Shown here piece by piece: positions 7,688 to 18,136 of a stretch of DNA of 64,000 nt (positions are counted from its first letter, which is position 1; every line of letters begins with the position of its first letter). The notes under the pieces are model-generated. The model was not told the DNA's origin, searched no databases, and was given only the letters and a program-made list of their open reading frames with translations. The stretch covers positions 5,120,001 to 5,184,000 of the forward strand of contig OZ241867.1 of assembly GCA_965203175.1 (NCBI GenBank), given 5' to 3'. The DNA is from Candidatus Latescibacterota bacterium. GTDB lineage: Bacteria > Latescibacterota > UBA2968 > UBA8231. The translations under genes and the position numbers were made by a program.

Positions 7688-9814
7688 TTAACCGATGATA
7701 AACACTATATTGCCGGTCTTGCCGGTAAAGTAGTCGATGACAATCCACAAGCCGTTACACAGGCTCTCGCCCATAATCAGCCCCAAGAAGAAGCGCACGC
7801 TCGCCGCGTAAAGCGCCGGTCCGCCAAAGCGCAGCACGATCCGCTTGATCCCCCAAGCAATGAAAATGCTGAACCATATCTTGTCCATCAGGTGATTGGC
7901 CGCTACCGCAAAACCCAGCGGATGCAACGGCCACCACAGCACGTGATGCCGCGCCCACATCAGCAAGAGCATGACTGCGCCGCCACCGGCGCAAAAAGCA
8001 AGTCCATCCCAAGCCACGCCCGCCGGCTCCAGCCCCCGCACCGCATAGTTGTACACGGTTGACGGCCCGCCCTTAAAAAACCACCCCACCAAATTGATCC
8101 CCCCGTGCCGGTGCGCCATGTGCAGCACCATCCAGCACGAGCCAACCGCGCCAATCAAAATAGCCAAGCACACCCCCCACATCACCACCCGCCGACTCGG
8201 CCGCGTCATGTCTTCGACCAGCTTCAACCCGTTGGCCAAGAGCGCCATCACAAAGATGCGGATGTCGGCACACCAGATATAGGCCAGCGACAAATTGAAC
8301 ACCCCGCTGGTGCCAATCGCATTGGCACCCAACCCGTATATCATCAGGTCCGGCGCGATCATAGGCGAGCGCACAGCCGCCAATCCCGCCTCGGCCACAA
8401 TCCGGCTAATCCCAATAAAGATCAACAGCGCCAATCCAATAAACACCGCCGCCACCCATAATTGCACCCCCATCAGCCACAACCACCCCACCATCGTCGC
8501 CACGCCAGCCAGCAAGGCGCAAACCGCGCCGCGATACGGAATGATCTCGTCGCCATCGTCGATGTCGCGCGCGCCCCACAACGCTTTGCGAAACACCCGC
8601 TTCAGGTGTTCGCGCCCGACCCATAGGCCAGCTAGCACCAGCGCTAGTAACGCGCCGCCGCCTTGATAGGCCAGATAGGGCTGGGAGGCAATGCCATAGA
8701 CGAACTTCTGCTTGGACGTCAGCCCCATCAACAATAGGACCTCAGACTCGGCCTGGACCAAAAGCTGGAAAATCCACAGGCCTGCCGAGATGCTCGTGTT
8801 GATCAAATAAGAAAAGCCCACCATCGCGAAGATGATCCGTAGTTGCAAGGGCTGGCCGAAGTAGGGCATCCACCACTGCAAGTTTACATTGGGCATAGAC
8901 GGATAGTACTGGTGCAGTGCCTCCAGCGACCCCCACAGCACTGGAATGGCGCAGCCATACCACATGGCCCGGCTCTTAAAAAAGCGGTTGACCAAACCCC
9001 GACCCTCGCCCTGCACCATGGCCGCCCCCACCTGCGCCACCGGGTACGCCAGCCGCTCGCGGTCCATCCACTGCCGCCGCAAGATCACGGCCGCGGCAAT
9101 CATCGTCGCGTAGAGCGCGATGAGAAACATGGCCCACCACAACAGCGGCTCGACCCAAGCCCCATAAGGGATTTCCCCGCCCTCGAAGAAAGCGCGGTTG
9201 TCCGCTCCGTCGTCAACCAAGATCGCGCTCTCGGGCAACAGCGGGCCGAGCTTTTCCTGCCACTGGTTTTGCGGCGTACCGTAATACGCAAAGGCCGCGA
9301 GAATGGGCAGTAACTGCTGGCTCATGCCCATAGTGCACAGGGCCGAGACCATCAAGAGCATGATGTACACCAAGACCAAGTCGGCGCGGCCAAGAGCCAG
9401 CGATCCGCCGTGCCAGACTAAAGCTGCGTTGAGCAGAACCGAGGCCACCAAAAAGGAGGCAAACCACAGGCCCGGCTTGAACAGGTCGATCTGCGGCTGG
9501 GGCAGGTAATACGCCAGATAGAGACCCAGTGCTACTACGGCCACCCCCAGCGCCCCAATCCCATTCCGCGCCACCACCTTGAACAGGACGTTGAGCAGAC
9601 CAATGAGCACGAGGAACAGGAAGATTGCGCCTGGGGTATTGAAGTCCCACGCCATAAAGGTCGCGTGCATGGCCATGTTGGCGTATGGCGCGCCAATGGC
9701 GAGGAAGAAGCTGAGAAAGATACCCGTCCAAAAGCCGCGCCAAGTAATGCCAATCGCGGTCCCCGGGAGGGATTTGGGGGAAGAGGCAAAGTTGGAGGGA
9801 ATGGACCGCCGCAA
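7688..9814 (-). CDS. Large polytopic membrane protein (DUF6785-like, putative transporter)
   Basis: Many hydrophobic helices; LRRQWMDRERLAYP, RIVAEAG and WWPLHPLGF motifs. Confidence 0.7.
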   Translation of the reverse strand: MRRSIPSNFASSPKSLPGTAIGITWRGFWTGIFLSFFLAIGAPYANMAMHATFMAWDFNTPGAIFLFLVLIGLLNVLFKVVARNGIGALGVAVVALGLYLAYYLPQPQIDLFKPGLWFASFLVASVLLNAALVWHGGSLALGRADLVLVYIMLLMVSALCTMGMSQQLLPILAAFAYYGTPQNQWQEKLGPLLPESAILVDDGADNRAFFEGGEIPYGAWVEPLLWWAMFLIALYATMIAAAVILRRQWMDRERLAYPVAQVGAAMVQGEGRGLVNRFFKSRAMWYGCAIPVLWGSLEALHQYYPSMPNVNLQWWMPYFGQPLQLRIIFAMVGFSYLINTSISAGLWIFQLLVQAESEVLLLMGLTSKQKFVYGIASQPYLAYQGGGALLALVLAGLWVGREHLKRVFRKALWGARDIDDGDEIIPYRGAVCALLAGVATMVGWLWLMGVQLWVAAVFIGLALLIFIGISRIVAEAGLAAVRSPMIAPDLMIYGLGANAIGTSGVFNLSLAYIWCADIRIFVMALLANGLKLVEDMTRPSRRVVMWGVCLAILIGAVGSCWMVLHMAHRHGGINLVGWFFKGGPSTVYNYAVRGLEPAGVAWDGLAFCAGGGAVMLLLMWARHHVLWWPLHPLGFAVAANHLMDKIWFSIFIAWGIKRIVLRFGGPALYAASVRFFLGLIMGESLCNGLWIVIDYFTGKTGNIVFIIG

Positions 9815-9817
9815 ACT

Positions 9818-11695
9818 TCAATACTCCACGTGGATGTCGGCCAGCACGGGCGTTTCCGCGACCAAGGCGCGCACGCGGTGCAGATGCAGCTGCCCGGCCC
9901 GGCTCAGCGCAGACTCACCCCCCGCCAGCAAATCGCGCTGCTCCAGCGCGTCGGTCGACAAATCGAACAACATGGAGCCGCGCCAGCTATAATTGATGTA
10001 CTTCCAATCATCGGCCACAATCGCATAGCCTTTGCGCGACCACTGCACGTGCTCGTCCGTATTGACCACCACGATCAGGCGGTCGGGATCTAGCGGACGC
10101 AGGAGCGAGCGGCCGTCCAGTCGCTCCTGCCACGCAGCGACCGTGGAATCGGCGGACAACCCGAGGAGGTCCAGCGCAGTCGGCACCAAGTCCGTTAATG
10201 CAACGCGCACCGGCGCGTTCTGACGCCACTGATCGAATCTATCCCCCAGTCGCTCCCGCTGCCGCTCGGGCACGACGGCAAAAAACGGGACGGCAATCGC
10301 CGTCTGGTAATACGAATCCGTGCGGTGAAGTTTGTGGACGCTGTCGAGGTCTTCGCCGTGGTCGGCTACAAAGAGCACGATCGTATTCGCCGCTAGGCCC
10401 TCTGCGGCGAGATGGTCGAACAGCCGTCCGAGTAGGTGATCCATATAGGCGACCGCATTATCGTAACTCGCGTCCGGCCACGGCTGCCAATCCGGCGGCG
10501 AGTACCCCGGATAATGCGTGCAATTGAATTGCAGAGCCACCACAAACGAGCCGCGTGCGGCAAAGCGATCGATAGTTGCAAGAGTCTCCGCCATCATCCG
10601 GCGGTCGTCCATGCCTTCGGAGTTGACGATCTCAGCGTCCGAGCGCTCGAGCGTAAACACGTGGTCCAGCGCGTCATCGACGAAAAAACCTTCGAGATTG
10701 TTCCAAGCGTAGCTCTGCGCCGAAATCAGCGCGGTCTGATAGCCAGCAGCGTGGGCGTAGTGCCACAGCAGCGGGAAGGTGTGCTGCTCCACGGGCGGGC
10801 GCGACGGAAAAAGCCCAGTCAGCATGGCCGGCAGCGCCACCTTGGTCGCCGTGGCATTCGACACGGCCTTTTCCATCTGCACCCAATCCGCTGGCCGCGC
10901 CTTGCGCAACGCCGCCAGCCGAGGTGTAGTTTGCCGCTCGTACCCATAGAGGTCCATGCGACTGAGCGCGACGCTTTCCCCAAGCACCACGATGAGGTTG
11001 GGCGCGCTGGCGTCCACAGGCGCGCCGCTGTAAATCGCCGCCGCTGCCGGCCGGCTCGCTTGCAACAAGCGCCCGTGCACCCCGCCGACGAGCGAGTGAA
11101 CGGCAAAGTCAATGGCCAGCTTCGCGGCCGCTGCATCCGGCACCATGATGCTTGCGTGGCGATGTACTGCGCCAAAAGCCACCGCCCCGGCCAAGTACAG
11201 CGCGGCCAAAATGCGGCCCCAATACTGAGGCCGAAAAACGCTGCCGTGCGCTGGCTGGCGATCCGGACGCAGCTTGTAGCGCCACCACCCCACGACAAAA
11301 ACCACCACCATCACCCAGACGACCGCGTCCCCCCAGTCAGCTGCGTTGAGGATATACCCCCAAGCCTCGCGTGGATGGCCAGCCGAATGCACGAGCGCGT
11401 AAGCCGTTGGCCAGCAGTAAAATACTGAGTGGAAATCAAGCCACACCATAGCCAGCGCCGCTGTCACCGCGCCGACGCTGATGACGAACACAGCTTGCCA
11501 GCGCGGGCGCAACCGGCAGCTTATCGCGAAAAGACCCTGCCACATCACCAGCGAAAACGCCACCGACAACCCCCACCACGCCCACTGCGTCAGGCGCAAA
11601 TCGAGCGTCGGCCGTAGCCACAGATCGACACCCACCCCCAACAAGGTAATGGGGAGCAAGGGCATCATTTGCTTTCGCACGGCGGAGTCGTCCAT
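9818..11695 (-). CDS. Phosphoethanolamine transferase-like (EptA/sulfatase superfamily) membrane enzyme
   Basis: N-terminal TM helices, VVLGES, Thr-nucleophile region SNATATKVAL, YDNAV and ADHGE. Confidence 0.8.
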   Translation of the reverse strand: MDDSAVRKQMMPLLPITLLGVGVDLWLRPTLDLRLTQWAWWGLSVAFSLVMWQGLFAISCRLRPRWQAVFVISVGAVTAALAMVWLDFHSVFYCWPTAYALVHSAGHPREAWGYILNAADWGDAVVWVMVVVFVVGWWRYKLRPDRQPAHGSVFRPQYWGRILAALYLAGAVAFGAVHRHASIMVPDAAAAKLAIDFAVHSLVGGVHGRLLQASRPAAAAIYSGAPVDASAPNLIVVLGESVALSRMDLYGYERQTTPRLAALRKARPADWVQMEKAVSNATATKVALPAMLTGLFPSRPPVEQHTFPLLWHYAHAAGYQTALISAQSYAWNNLEGFFVDDALDHVFTLERSDAEIVNSEGMDDRRMMAETLATIDRFAARGSFVVALQFNCTHYPGYSPPDWQPWPDASYDNAVAYMDHLLGRLFDHLAAEGLAANTIVLFVADHGEDLDSVHKLHRTDSYYQTAIAVPFFAVVPERQRERLGDRFDQWRQNAPVRVALTDLVPTALDLLGLSADSTVAAWQERLDGRSLLRPLDPDRLIVVVNTDEHVQWSRKGYAIVADDWKYINYSWRGSMLFDLSTDALEQRDLLAGGESALSRAGQLHLHRVRALVAETPVLADIHVEY

Positions 11696-11728
11696 TAGAA
11701 CCTAGCAATGGCCGCTGCACTGCACTAC

Positions 11729-12640
11729 CTACGCGCCTAAGACCCCCAAGCGCTCCAACTCCTGTTTGATCGCCTCGCGCCCCGCCGGTGGCACATTGAT
11801 CCGAGGCGGGCGCACCGCACCGCCAGCCAGCCCCATCAACTCCATCGTCGTCTTGAGCATACCGGCGTCGTCAAAGCGCGAGCGCAATCGCTCCAAGGGG
11901 GCCAACTGCTCCTGTAACTCGATCATCTGAGGCCAATCCTGCTGTTGCGCAGCAGCGAAAAGCGCCAGCTCTAGCTGCGGAGCGAAGTTGACAAAACCAG
12001 CGGTAAAGCCCTCGATCCCAGCCTGAAAGCGGAAGTGCAACACGCCCGGGTCGTGGCGCTTGTTGCCGATCCAGACGAAGCGGTCGCCGAGCCGCTTGAT
12101 GGCGCGGAATAGGTTGTGCGGCTCAACGCAGGGATCTTTAATCGCGGCGATCTGCGGCACCTCGGCCAGCCGCTCAAACAGTTCGGCCGACCAGCCCTGC
12201 GTATTGTAAGGCATCAGCGCCAGCCCCGACCGCGTCCCCAGCGCTTCGTAGTATTCATACACCCCTTCGGAATCTTCGGGCAATTGGTGGCGCGTGTAGG
12301 GCGCCATGGCCAGCGCCACGCGCAATCCCAACGCCTCGTAGCGCGGTGCCAAGTCCGCGGCCTCGCCCAAGTTGCCGGGCAAGGTCGGCACCACCAGCGC
12401 CCGCTCGCCCACCGTCGCCAGCGCCCGCTCGGCCAGTGTTAAACGCTCGGGCGGAGCCAATGCGTCATTTTCACCAGTTCCACCGGCCACCACAAAAACC
12501 CGCACCCCTCTGTCGGCGGCCCACGCTATATTGCGCGCAAACCCTTCCAAATCGAGTGCGTACAGGTCATCGCCCTGATAAATGGTCAGCGCATAGGCGT
12601 GGACGTCCTTTAGCCGGTCGCGCAAGGCATGGTCGATCAT
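11729..12640 (-). CDS. Dihydrodipicolinate synthase family lyase (possibly a keto-deoxy sugar acid dehydratase/aldolase)
   Basis: AGGTGE, PYN and Schiff-base IKD motifs; downstream of a sugar-acid dehydratase. Confidence 0.85.
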   Translation of the reverse strand: MIDHALRDRLKDVHAYALTIYQGDDLYALDLEGFARNIAWAADRGVRVFVVAGGTGENDALAPPERLTLAERALATVGERALVVPTLPGNLGEAADLAPRYEALGLRVALAMAPYTRHQLPEDSEGVYEYYEALGTRSGLALMPYNTQGWSAELFERLAEVPQIAAIKDPCVEPHNLFRAIKRLGDRFVWIGNKRHDPGVLHFRFQAGIEGFTAGFVNFAPQLELALFAAAQQQDWPQMIELQEQLAPLERLRSRFDDAGMLKTTMELMGLAGGAVRPPRINVPPAGREAIKQELERLGVLGA

Positions 12641-12663
12641 CGCGTTCTCCTGTGTCGTAGTGA

Positions 12664-13779
12664 TTAATGCGCCACTGACCCGTCGGCGTGAAAACTGCCT
12701 TTAATCGCCCAGCGCTCGTACGGGTATTTCGCCAGCGCGTCTTCGACTATTTCAACCCCAATCCCCGGCCGATCTGTCAGCAGCCGATAGCCGCCCTCGA
12801 CTTGTAGCTGCTCATCGACGATCTCGGTCATCGGCCCGTTGAGGGCATTGTGCTCGGTGTGCGTGTAGTTGGGAATGGCCGCGGCTAGCTGCGCGAAAGC
12901 CGCGTTGTTGATGGGGCTGCCCATCAGATGGGGGAACACCCCGACGAAAACCATCTCCGCCAGCGCGGCAATTTTCTTCACCTGCGTGAATCCGCCCGCT
13001 AAGGACAGGTCTGGCCGAATAAAGCTGACGATCTGGCGATCGATCAAATCCTTAAACTGGAAGGGGTTGTAGCACCGCTCGCCCGTGGCGATTGGGATGT
13101 TGATGTTCTGGGCGACGTACTCAAGGGCCTCAAAGCTCTGCGGTGGCAGCGGGTCCTCGTAGTACAGTATCTTAAAGGGCGTCAACTCCGTGGCCAGTGC
13201 AATCGCCTCCTCCGGCCGCAAGTTCCGGTGGATCTCCAACCCCAAATCCATCTCGTCCCCAAGCGCCTCCCGCGCCGCAGCCACCAATTCCACAGCCGTC
13301 GAGATATTGGCCGTGCTAGTGCGCTGCTCAAACCCGCTGACAAACGGCCCCATCCGAAACGACGTAAACCCCTGCTCCACTCTCGCCCGCGCACTCTCCC
13401 GCACCTCCTCGGGCGTCTGCCCACCGACGTTCTCGTACACTTTTACCTTGTCGCGGCACTTACCGCCCAACAACTGGTACACGGGCAAATTTACTGCCTT
13501 GCCGAATATGTCCCACAGCGCAATGTCGATCGCGCTCATCGCCGCGCTCATCGCCGCACCCATGAAGTGCGCCGACCGCGACACCACCTGATAGTGATGC
13601 TCAATGCGCAGCGGATCCTTACCCACGTAGTAATCACTCAACTCCCCCAGCGCCTCTTTCACCACCCCGTGATGCGCCCACAACCCAGCCTCCCCATTGC
13701 CGACGATTCCCTCGTCCGTATAGATCCGCACCAACAAAAACCTGCCCACCAAAAACGTCCGAATCTCTGTGATTTTCAT
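12664..13779 (-). CDS. Mandelate racemase/enolase superfamily, galactonate dehydratase-like
   Basis: AIDIALWDIFGK, LLGGKCRD, EIH, YEDP, ATGER and RPGIG motifs. Confidence 0.9.
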   Translation of the reverse strand: MKITEIRTFLVGRFLLVRIYTDEGIVGNGEAGLWAHHGVVKEALGELSDYYVGKDPLRIEHHYQVVSRSAHFMGAAMSAAMSAIDIALWDIFGKAVNLPVYQLLGGKCRDKVKVYENVGGQTPEEVRESARARVEQGFTSFRMGPFVSGFEQRTSTANISTAVELVAAAREALGDEMDLGLEIHRNLRPEEAIALATELTPFKILYYEDPLPPQSFEALEYVAQNINIPIATGERCYNPFQFKDLIDRQIVSFIRPDLSLAGGFTQVKKIAALAEMVFVGVFPHLMGSPINNAAFAQLAAAIPNYTHTEHNALNGPMTEIVDEQLQVEGGYRLLTDRPGIGVEIVEDALAKYPYERWAIKGSFHADGSVAH

Positions 13780-13790
13780 TTTTTTCCTTT

Positions 13791-14540
13791 CTAGTACAAA
13801 CTCATCAATCCTTCTGCGCCTTTAATCTTCTTCTTTTTAAAACTCGGACTAAGCCACCGCGCTCGCGACTCCCGCCCCGGATTGCGATACGCATACACCA
13901 CGCACCACCGCGTGTCGCTGTCTTCCTTGCGCGGATTGACCCCATGCGCCGCATGCGTCCACATCAACACCACCGTCCCCTGCGGCACCGACAACTCCTC
14001 GATTGCGAGCGGTTGGCCGCTAACCGGATGCACCTTCCCCGCCATCCACCCCTGCGCCAACGCGGCATCCGACTCCGCGTTAATACCCGGATCCCGATAC
14101 AAATGGCTCCCCGGCACCACCTTCAATCCGCCGTCGTCGGCCGCAAAGCCATTGACGTAAAAAAATACCCGCACAAAACCCAGTGCCGGATCGTCGTCGG
14201 CGTACTCGTGGCTGTGCCAATTGCTCCCCGGATTGCCCCCTTCGCGGTTCAACGTCACGCAGTGGTCGTAGCGAATCTCTGGCCCCAGCACTCGACGCAC
14301 TAAGTCCAGTAGTTGCGGATGCCCGATCAGGCTCTCCAAATAGGCGTCGAATTCAGCGGCAAAGCGCGAAGGGATATATTCCTCGTCATCGCGCGGCAGC
14401 GACTGGATGTGCGCCAGCGCCGCGGTCAACTGGGAACACGCCGCGTCGGTCAGGATGCCCGGCAGCGCGATGTGTCCGTCGTGGTCGAGGACAGCCCGTT
14501 CGTCAGCTCCGAACACAAAGGGGCGAAACAGCGCTTCCAT
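13791..14540 (-). CDS. PhyH-family Fe(II)/2OG-like enzyme (HxH motif)
   Basis: WHSHE, DGGLKVVPGSH, THAAHG and distal R. Confidence 0.85.
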   Translation of the reverse strand: MEALFRPFVFGADERAVLDHDGHIALPGILTDAACSQLTAALAHIQSLPRDDEEYIPSRFAAEFDAYLESLIGHPQLLDLVRRVLGPEIRYDHCVTLNREGGNPGSNWHSHEYADDDPALGFVRVFFYVNGFAADDGGLKVVPGSHLYRDPGINAESDAALAQGWMAGKVHPVSGQPLAIEELSVPQGTVVLMWTHAAHGVNPRKEDSDTRWCVVYAYRNPGRESRARWLSPSFKKKKIKGAEGLMSLY

Positions 14541-14560
14541 ACCTCAGAATCTCCAGTCGG

Positions 14561-15316
14561 TTATGCTTGCACTTCTTCAAAAAGAGAGGCACGCGCATGG
14601 AAATACGGCGGCTCAAAAAGCAACGCCTGCCGCCCGGTCAAGGCAACGCCGTCCGGCGGCTTAATGTGACCTTTGGACCACGACTGCTGCCCTGGGCTGT
14701 ATTTGAACAGCAGCGAGCGCCGCTGATGCGCGGCCTGCCACGGTGCCGTGCCGTGCGTGAGTGCCTCGGTAAAAATCACCACCGACCCGGCCTTTGCCTC
14801 CGGCACTACTACGCACCCGGCCTCAACGTGGGCCTCGCGGATTTCCTGCGGACAGGGATAATTGACCTTGTGGCTACCCGGAATGCAGCAAAAACCGCCA
14901 TGCACCGGCCCGGTATCGGCCAAGTTCCAGGAGACGACCGTCAGCCCGTTGTACATCTGTCCATTGCGAAAGTGGTAGTACTCCGGTGGGTCGTAGGGCG
15001 TGTTGCCTCCGTGCAACCCGAGCCGCTCGGCACCGGCCTCCAAATAAATCGCATAGTAGTGATCAAGCCGAAAGCCGTCGCCTAAGATCACCTTGAGCAA
15101 CGGCATAATGCGCTCGTGGTCCAGCAAATCGACAAAGGGCTGGCCCCACGTCAAAAACCCGCCAGTGTGCAGCCGCCCTTCCGCCTGCTCCACATCCGCA
15201 CCCATCTCTTGGGCGTCAATCAGCCGATTCAACTCGGCAACAGCTTCCGCATCCAACACGTCCTCGACGATCAGATAACCCTGGAGGTCAAACAGGTATC
15301 GCTCTACTTCAGTCAT
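14561..15316 (-). CDS. PhyH-family Fe(II)/2OG-like enzyme (HxG motif)
   Basis: YLFDLQGYL, LHGG, GGFCCIPGSH, FTEALTHGT and RRSLLFKY. Confidence 0.88.
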   Translation of the reverse strand: MTEVERYLFDLQGYLIVEDVLDAEAVAELNRLIDAQEMGADVEQAEGRLHTGGFLTWGQPFVDLLDHERIMPLLKVILGDGFRLDHYYAIYLEAGAERLGLHGGNTPYDPPEYYHFRNGQMYNGLTVVSWNLADTGPVHGGFCCIPGSHKVNYPCPQEIREAHVEAGCVVVPEAKAGSVVIFTEALTHGTAPWQAAHQRRSLLFKYSPGQQSWSKGHIKPPDGVALTGRQALLFEPPYFHARASLFEEVQA

Positions 15317-15387
15317 ATATGAAGGCTCCTATTTGGGTGGACAGAATCGGGGGCTTTTTCTATGCTCTCCACTGGGAGGAATGTACC

Positions 15388-16179
15388 ATGCTACTGACGA
15401 CCGACGAAATGCGCTTCTTCAAGCACAACGGCTACCTCGTCAAACGAGGCGTCCTCGACCCCGCGCTCATGGAGCGCGCCCGCACCCGGCTGTGGGACGG
15501 CGCGCCGCCGGACCGCCGCCGCGACGACCCCGACACTTGGGTTGGCCCGTTCCGCGAAGACGAAGAAAACCCCGACGGTGCCAACCACCGCCGCGGCTTT
15601 CGCTGGAACTTCCGCGAGCCGGGCGGCGAGGAGTGGATGGTGCGCCTGCTCGCCACCGATCCCAAGGTGTGGGCCATGGCCGAACAAATGCTCGGCAAGG
15701 GCCAGCTCGTCCAACCCGAGCGCATTCGCGGCATCTACTGCACCCTGCCCTACGGCGATCACCCGCCCCAAGCCCTAGGGTGCCACACCGACGGCCACCC
15801 CTTCCACCTCGGCGTGGTCGGCTACATCGACGACGTGCCGCCCAACGGCGGCAGCTTTATGGTCTGGCCCGAAAGCCATCGCGCCTTCTACCCAACCTTC
15901 ACTTCGCAGTACCTCCGCGACCAAGACGAAGACGCCTACGAAAAAGTGCGCACCGAATTCAACCGGCGCCCGCCCGTCGATACCCACGGCCAAGCCGGCG
16001 ATATTGTCTTCTGGCACCACCGCCTCGGCCACATGGCTAGCCCGAACACCTCGCACCAACTGCGCCAAGCCGTGCTCTACGATTTTCTCAAGAAGGACAT
16101 CGAACAAACCCAGCAGGAGCCGCCGCAAAAGGACATGTGGCGCGACTGGTCGGCCGAGATGCGCGCCATCGCCATCTAG
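15388..16179 (+). CDS. PhyH-family Fe(II)/2OG dioxygenase (canonical HxD)
   Basis: FFKHNGYL, CHTD, WPESH and GDIVFWHHRLGH; GGGAGG RBS. Confidence 0.88.
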   Translation: MLLTTDEMRFFKHNGYLVKRGVLDPALMERARTRLWDGAPPDRRRDDPDTWVGPFREDEENPDGANHRRGFRWNFREPGGEEWMVRLLATDPKVWAMAEQMLGKGQLVQPERIRGIYCTLPYGDHPPQALGCHTDGHPFHLGVVGYIDDVPPNGGSFMVWPESHRAFYPTFTSQYLRDQDEDAYEKVRTEFNRRPPVDTHGQAGDIVFWHHRLGHMASPNTSHQLRQAVLYDFLKKDIEQTQQEPPQKDMWRDWSAEMRAIAI

Positions 16180-17063
16180 CCGGCAAACGCATCCGAGGGC
16201 ACGCCGCGCACGCCCGGATCGACCCGCACTAGCGAACCGGCCAAAGGCTGAGCCTGCCGCTCCTCGGCGTCGAAACCTCGGCTTGCCGAGGTGATGTAGA
16301 GCTGGTCCAGATTCACGCCGCCGAAGGCGCAAGACGTCACATTGGACATGGGTAGTTCCAAGTGGCGCAGCAACTCCCCCGATTGGGAATCATAGCACAA
16401 GACGCACCAGCCCCCGAATACAGCGATCCACAAGGCGTCTTTCTCGTCGATGGCCATGCCGTCTAACACCCCCGGCCCTCCGTACTCCACCACCACGCGC
16501 TCGTTGCTGATGTCCCCACTGTCGCGGCAGTAGTCGTATGCGCGCACATTGTTCAAGCCAGAGTCAATGAAATACATAGTCTGCTGATCGGCGCTCCAGA
16601 CGATGCCGTTGGATATGCTAACCGGCTCGACCTTGCGGCTCACCGAGTGATCCACATCGAGACAGTAGAGCGCGCCTTGATCCCGTGCACCCCCAAACTC
16701 CATCGTCCCCGCCCACAGCCGGCCAGCCGGGTCGCACTTGCCGTCGTTGAAGCGATTGGCGGGGATCGCGCTCTCGGGGTCTTCGCCGAGGGGCACCATG
16801 CGCTCCGTCCGCAAGTCGATGTGGGCAAAGCCATTGTGCAGCGCCACGACGAGGCCGCCGCTCTTCCGCTTGACCACCGTGCCCACGGCTTGGCACGTGG
16901 GGATGGTGCGGTTGATTCCGCTCACAGGATCGTACACATAGACCTCGTGACCGAGAATATCAACCCAGTACAACAACTCGTCATCCGCATCCCAAACGGC
17001 CCCTTCGCCGATGAGCGCGTCCTTTTCCACGACTAGTTCGGGTGCTATCTTTTTCTTGTTCAT
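16176..17063 (-). CDS. SMP-30/gluconolactonase family protein
   Basis: GEGAVWD, LYWVDI, RFNDGKCD, SNGIVWS, DGMAID and TSCAFGG; AAGGAGG RBS. Confidence 0.93.
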   Translation of the reverse strand: MNKKKIAPELVVEKDALIGEGAVWDADDELLYWVDILGHEVYVYDPVSGINRTIPTCQAVGTVVKRKSGGLVVALHNGFAHIDLRTERMVPLGEDPESAIPANRFNDGKCDPAGRLWAGTMEFGGARDQGALYCLDVDHSVSRKVEPVSISNGIVWSADQQTMYFIDSGLNNVRAYDYCRDSGDISNERVVVEYGGPGVLDGMAIDEKDALWIAVFGGWCVLCYDSQSGELLRHLELPMSNVTSCAFGGVNLDQLYITSASRGFDAEERQAQPLAGSLVRVDPGVRGVPSDAFAG

Positions 17064-17142
17064 CTCGAATTTCCTCCTTTGGGGGGCAACACTAGGTCGC
17101 CCGCCATTTTCTGTCAAACGCGCCGCTCGGGAGCACCACGCC

Positions 17143-18135
17143 ATGACCACTTTCACCTATGAAGACTTCGACCGCCAACTCTGGGAACGAGAACTCGAAG
17201 ATTTCGTCCCCGCCACGGTTTACGACATGCACACGCACATGTGGTCTGAAGACCACCGAGGCTCCCTCACGGGTGCGCCTACCGGCCTGCGCGAGGAGAT
17301 CGACTATCAGGATCACCTCGACTGGGCGGCCAAACTCTACCCGGGCCGCGCCTTCCACATGCTGGTCTTGGGCACCCCAATGCCGGGCATGGACGCCGCC
17401 GGGCACAACGCCTGGATGGCAGCCCAGCTCGCCGCCGACCCCGAATCCGCAATCAACATGATGGTCACCCCGGACATGACGCCCGAATACGTAGCGGCCC
17501 AAGTTGATGAGTACGGTTTCCTCGGCCTCAAACCCTACCGCACCTTTGCCCCAGACCCGGTCGGCGCTCGCATCTGCGACTTCCTCCCGGAATCCCTCAT
17601 CGAAGTCGCCCACCACAAGAAGCTGGCCATCACCATGCACCTCGCCAAACCCACCGGCCCAGCCGACCCAGAAAACCAGCGCGACTTAGCGCGCTACACC
17701 CGCGAATACCCCAACGCGCAGTGGATTTTAGCCCACTGCGCCCGCTCGTTCAATTCCTTTATGATGGAAGAGGCCGTCCACTTCCTGTGCGATCTGCCCA
17801 ATATATGGTACGACACCTCAGCAGTGAACGACCTGTATGCGCACTATCTGCTGATGAAACACGAAGACCGCAAGCGGGTGATGTTCGGGTCGGACAACGT
17901 GGTCGCCGGCTGTGCACGCGGCAAATACATCACCTATGGCCGCGCTTGGCTGTTCTATCCTGGGGACGATTCCGGCACGCCGCACTGCGACTCGCGGGCC
18001 ACGCTCGTCATCTACGAGCAACTGCGCCAAGAGCGGCAAGTGGCCGAGATGCTGCAACTAACGCCCGCGGAAATCGAAGATCACTTTGCGGGAAATGCCC
18101 AGCGGTTCTTGGCGATGATGCGCGGCGGGAGCTAG
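17143..18135 (+). CDS. Amidohydrolase family protein (Amidohydro_2)
   Basis: DMHTH, GLKPY, ILAHC, WYDTS and MFGSD. Confidence 0.85.
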   Translation: MTTFTYEDFDRQLWERELEDFVPATVYDMHTHMWSEDHRGSLTGAPTGLREEIDYQDHLDWAAKLYPGRAFHMLVLGTPMPGMDAAGHNAWMAAQLAADPESAINMMVTPDMTPEYVAAQVDEYGFLGLKPYRTFAPDPVGARICDFLPESLIEVAHHKKLAITMHLAKPTGPADPENQRDLARYTREYPNAQWILAHCARSFNSFMMEEAVHFLCDLPNIWYDTSAVNDLYAHYLLMKHEDRKRVMFGSDNVVAGCARGKYITYGRAWLFYPGDDSGTPHCDSRATLVIYEQLRQERQVAEMLQLTPAEIEDHFAGNAQRFLAMMRGGS

Positions 18136-18136
18136 G

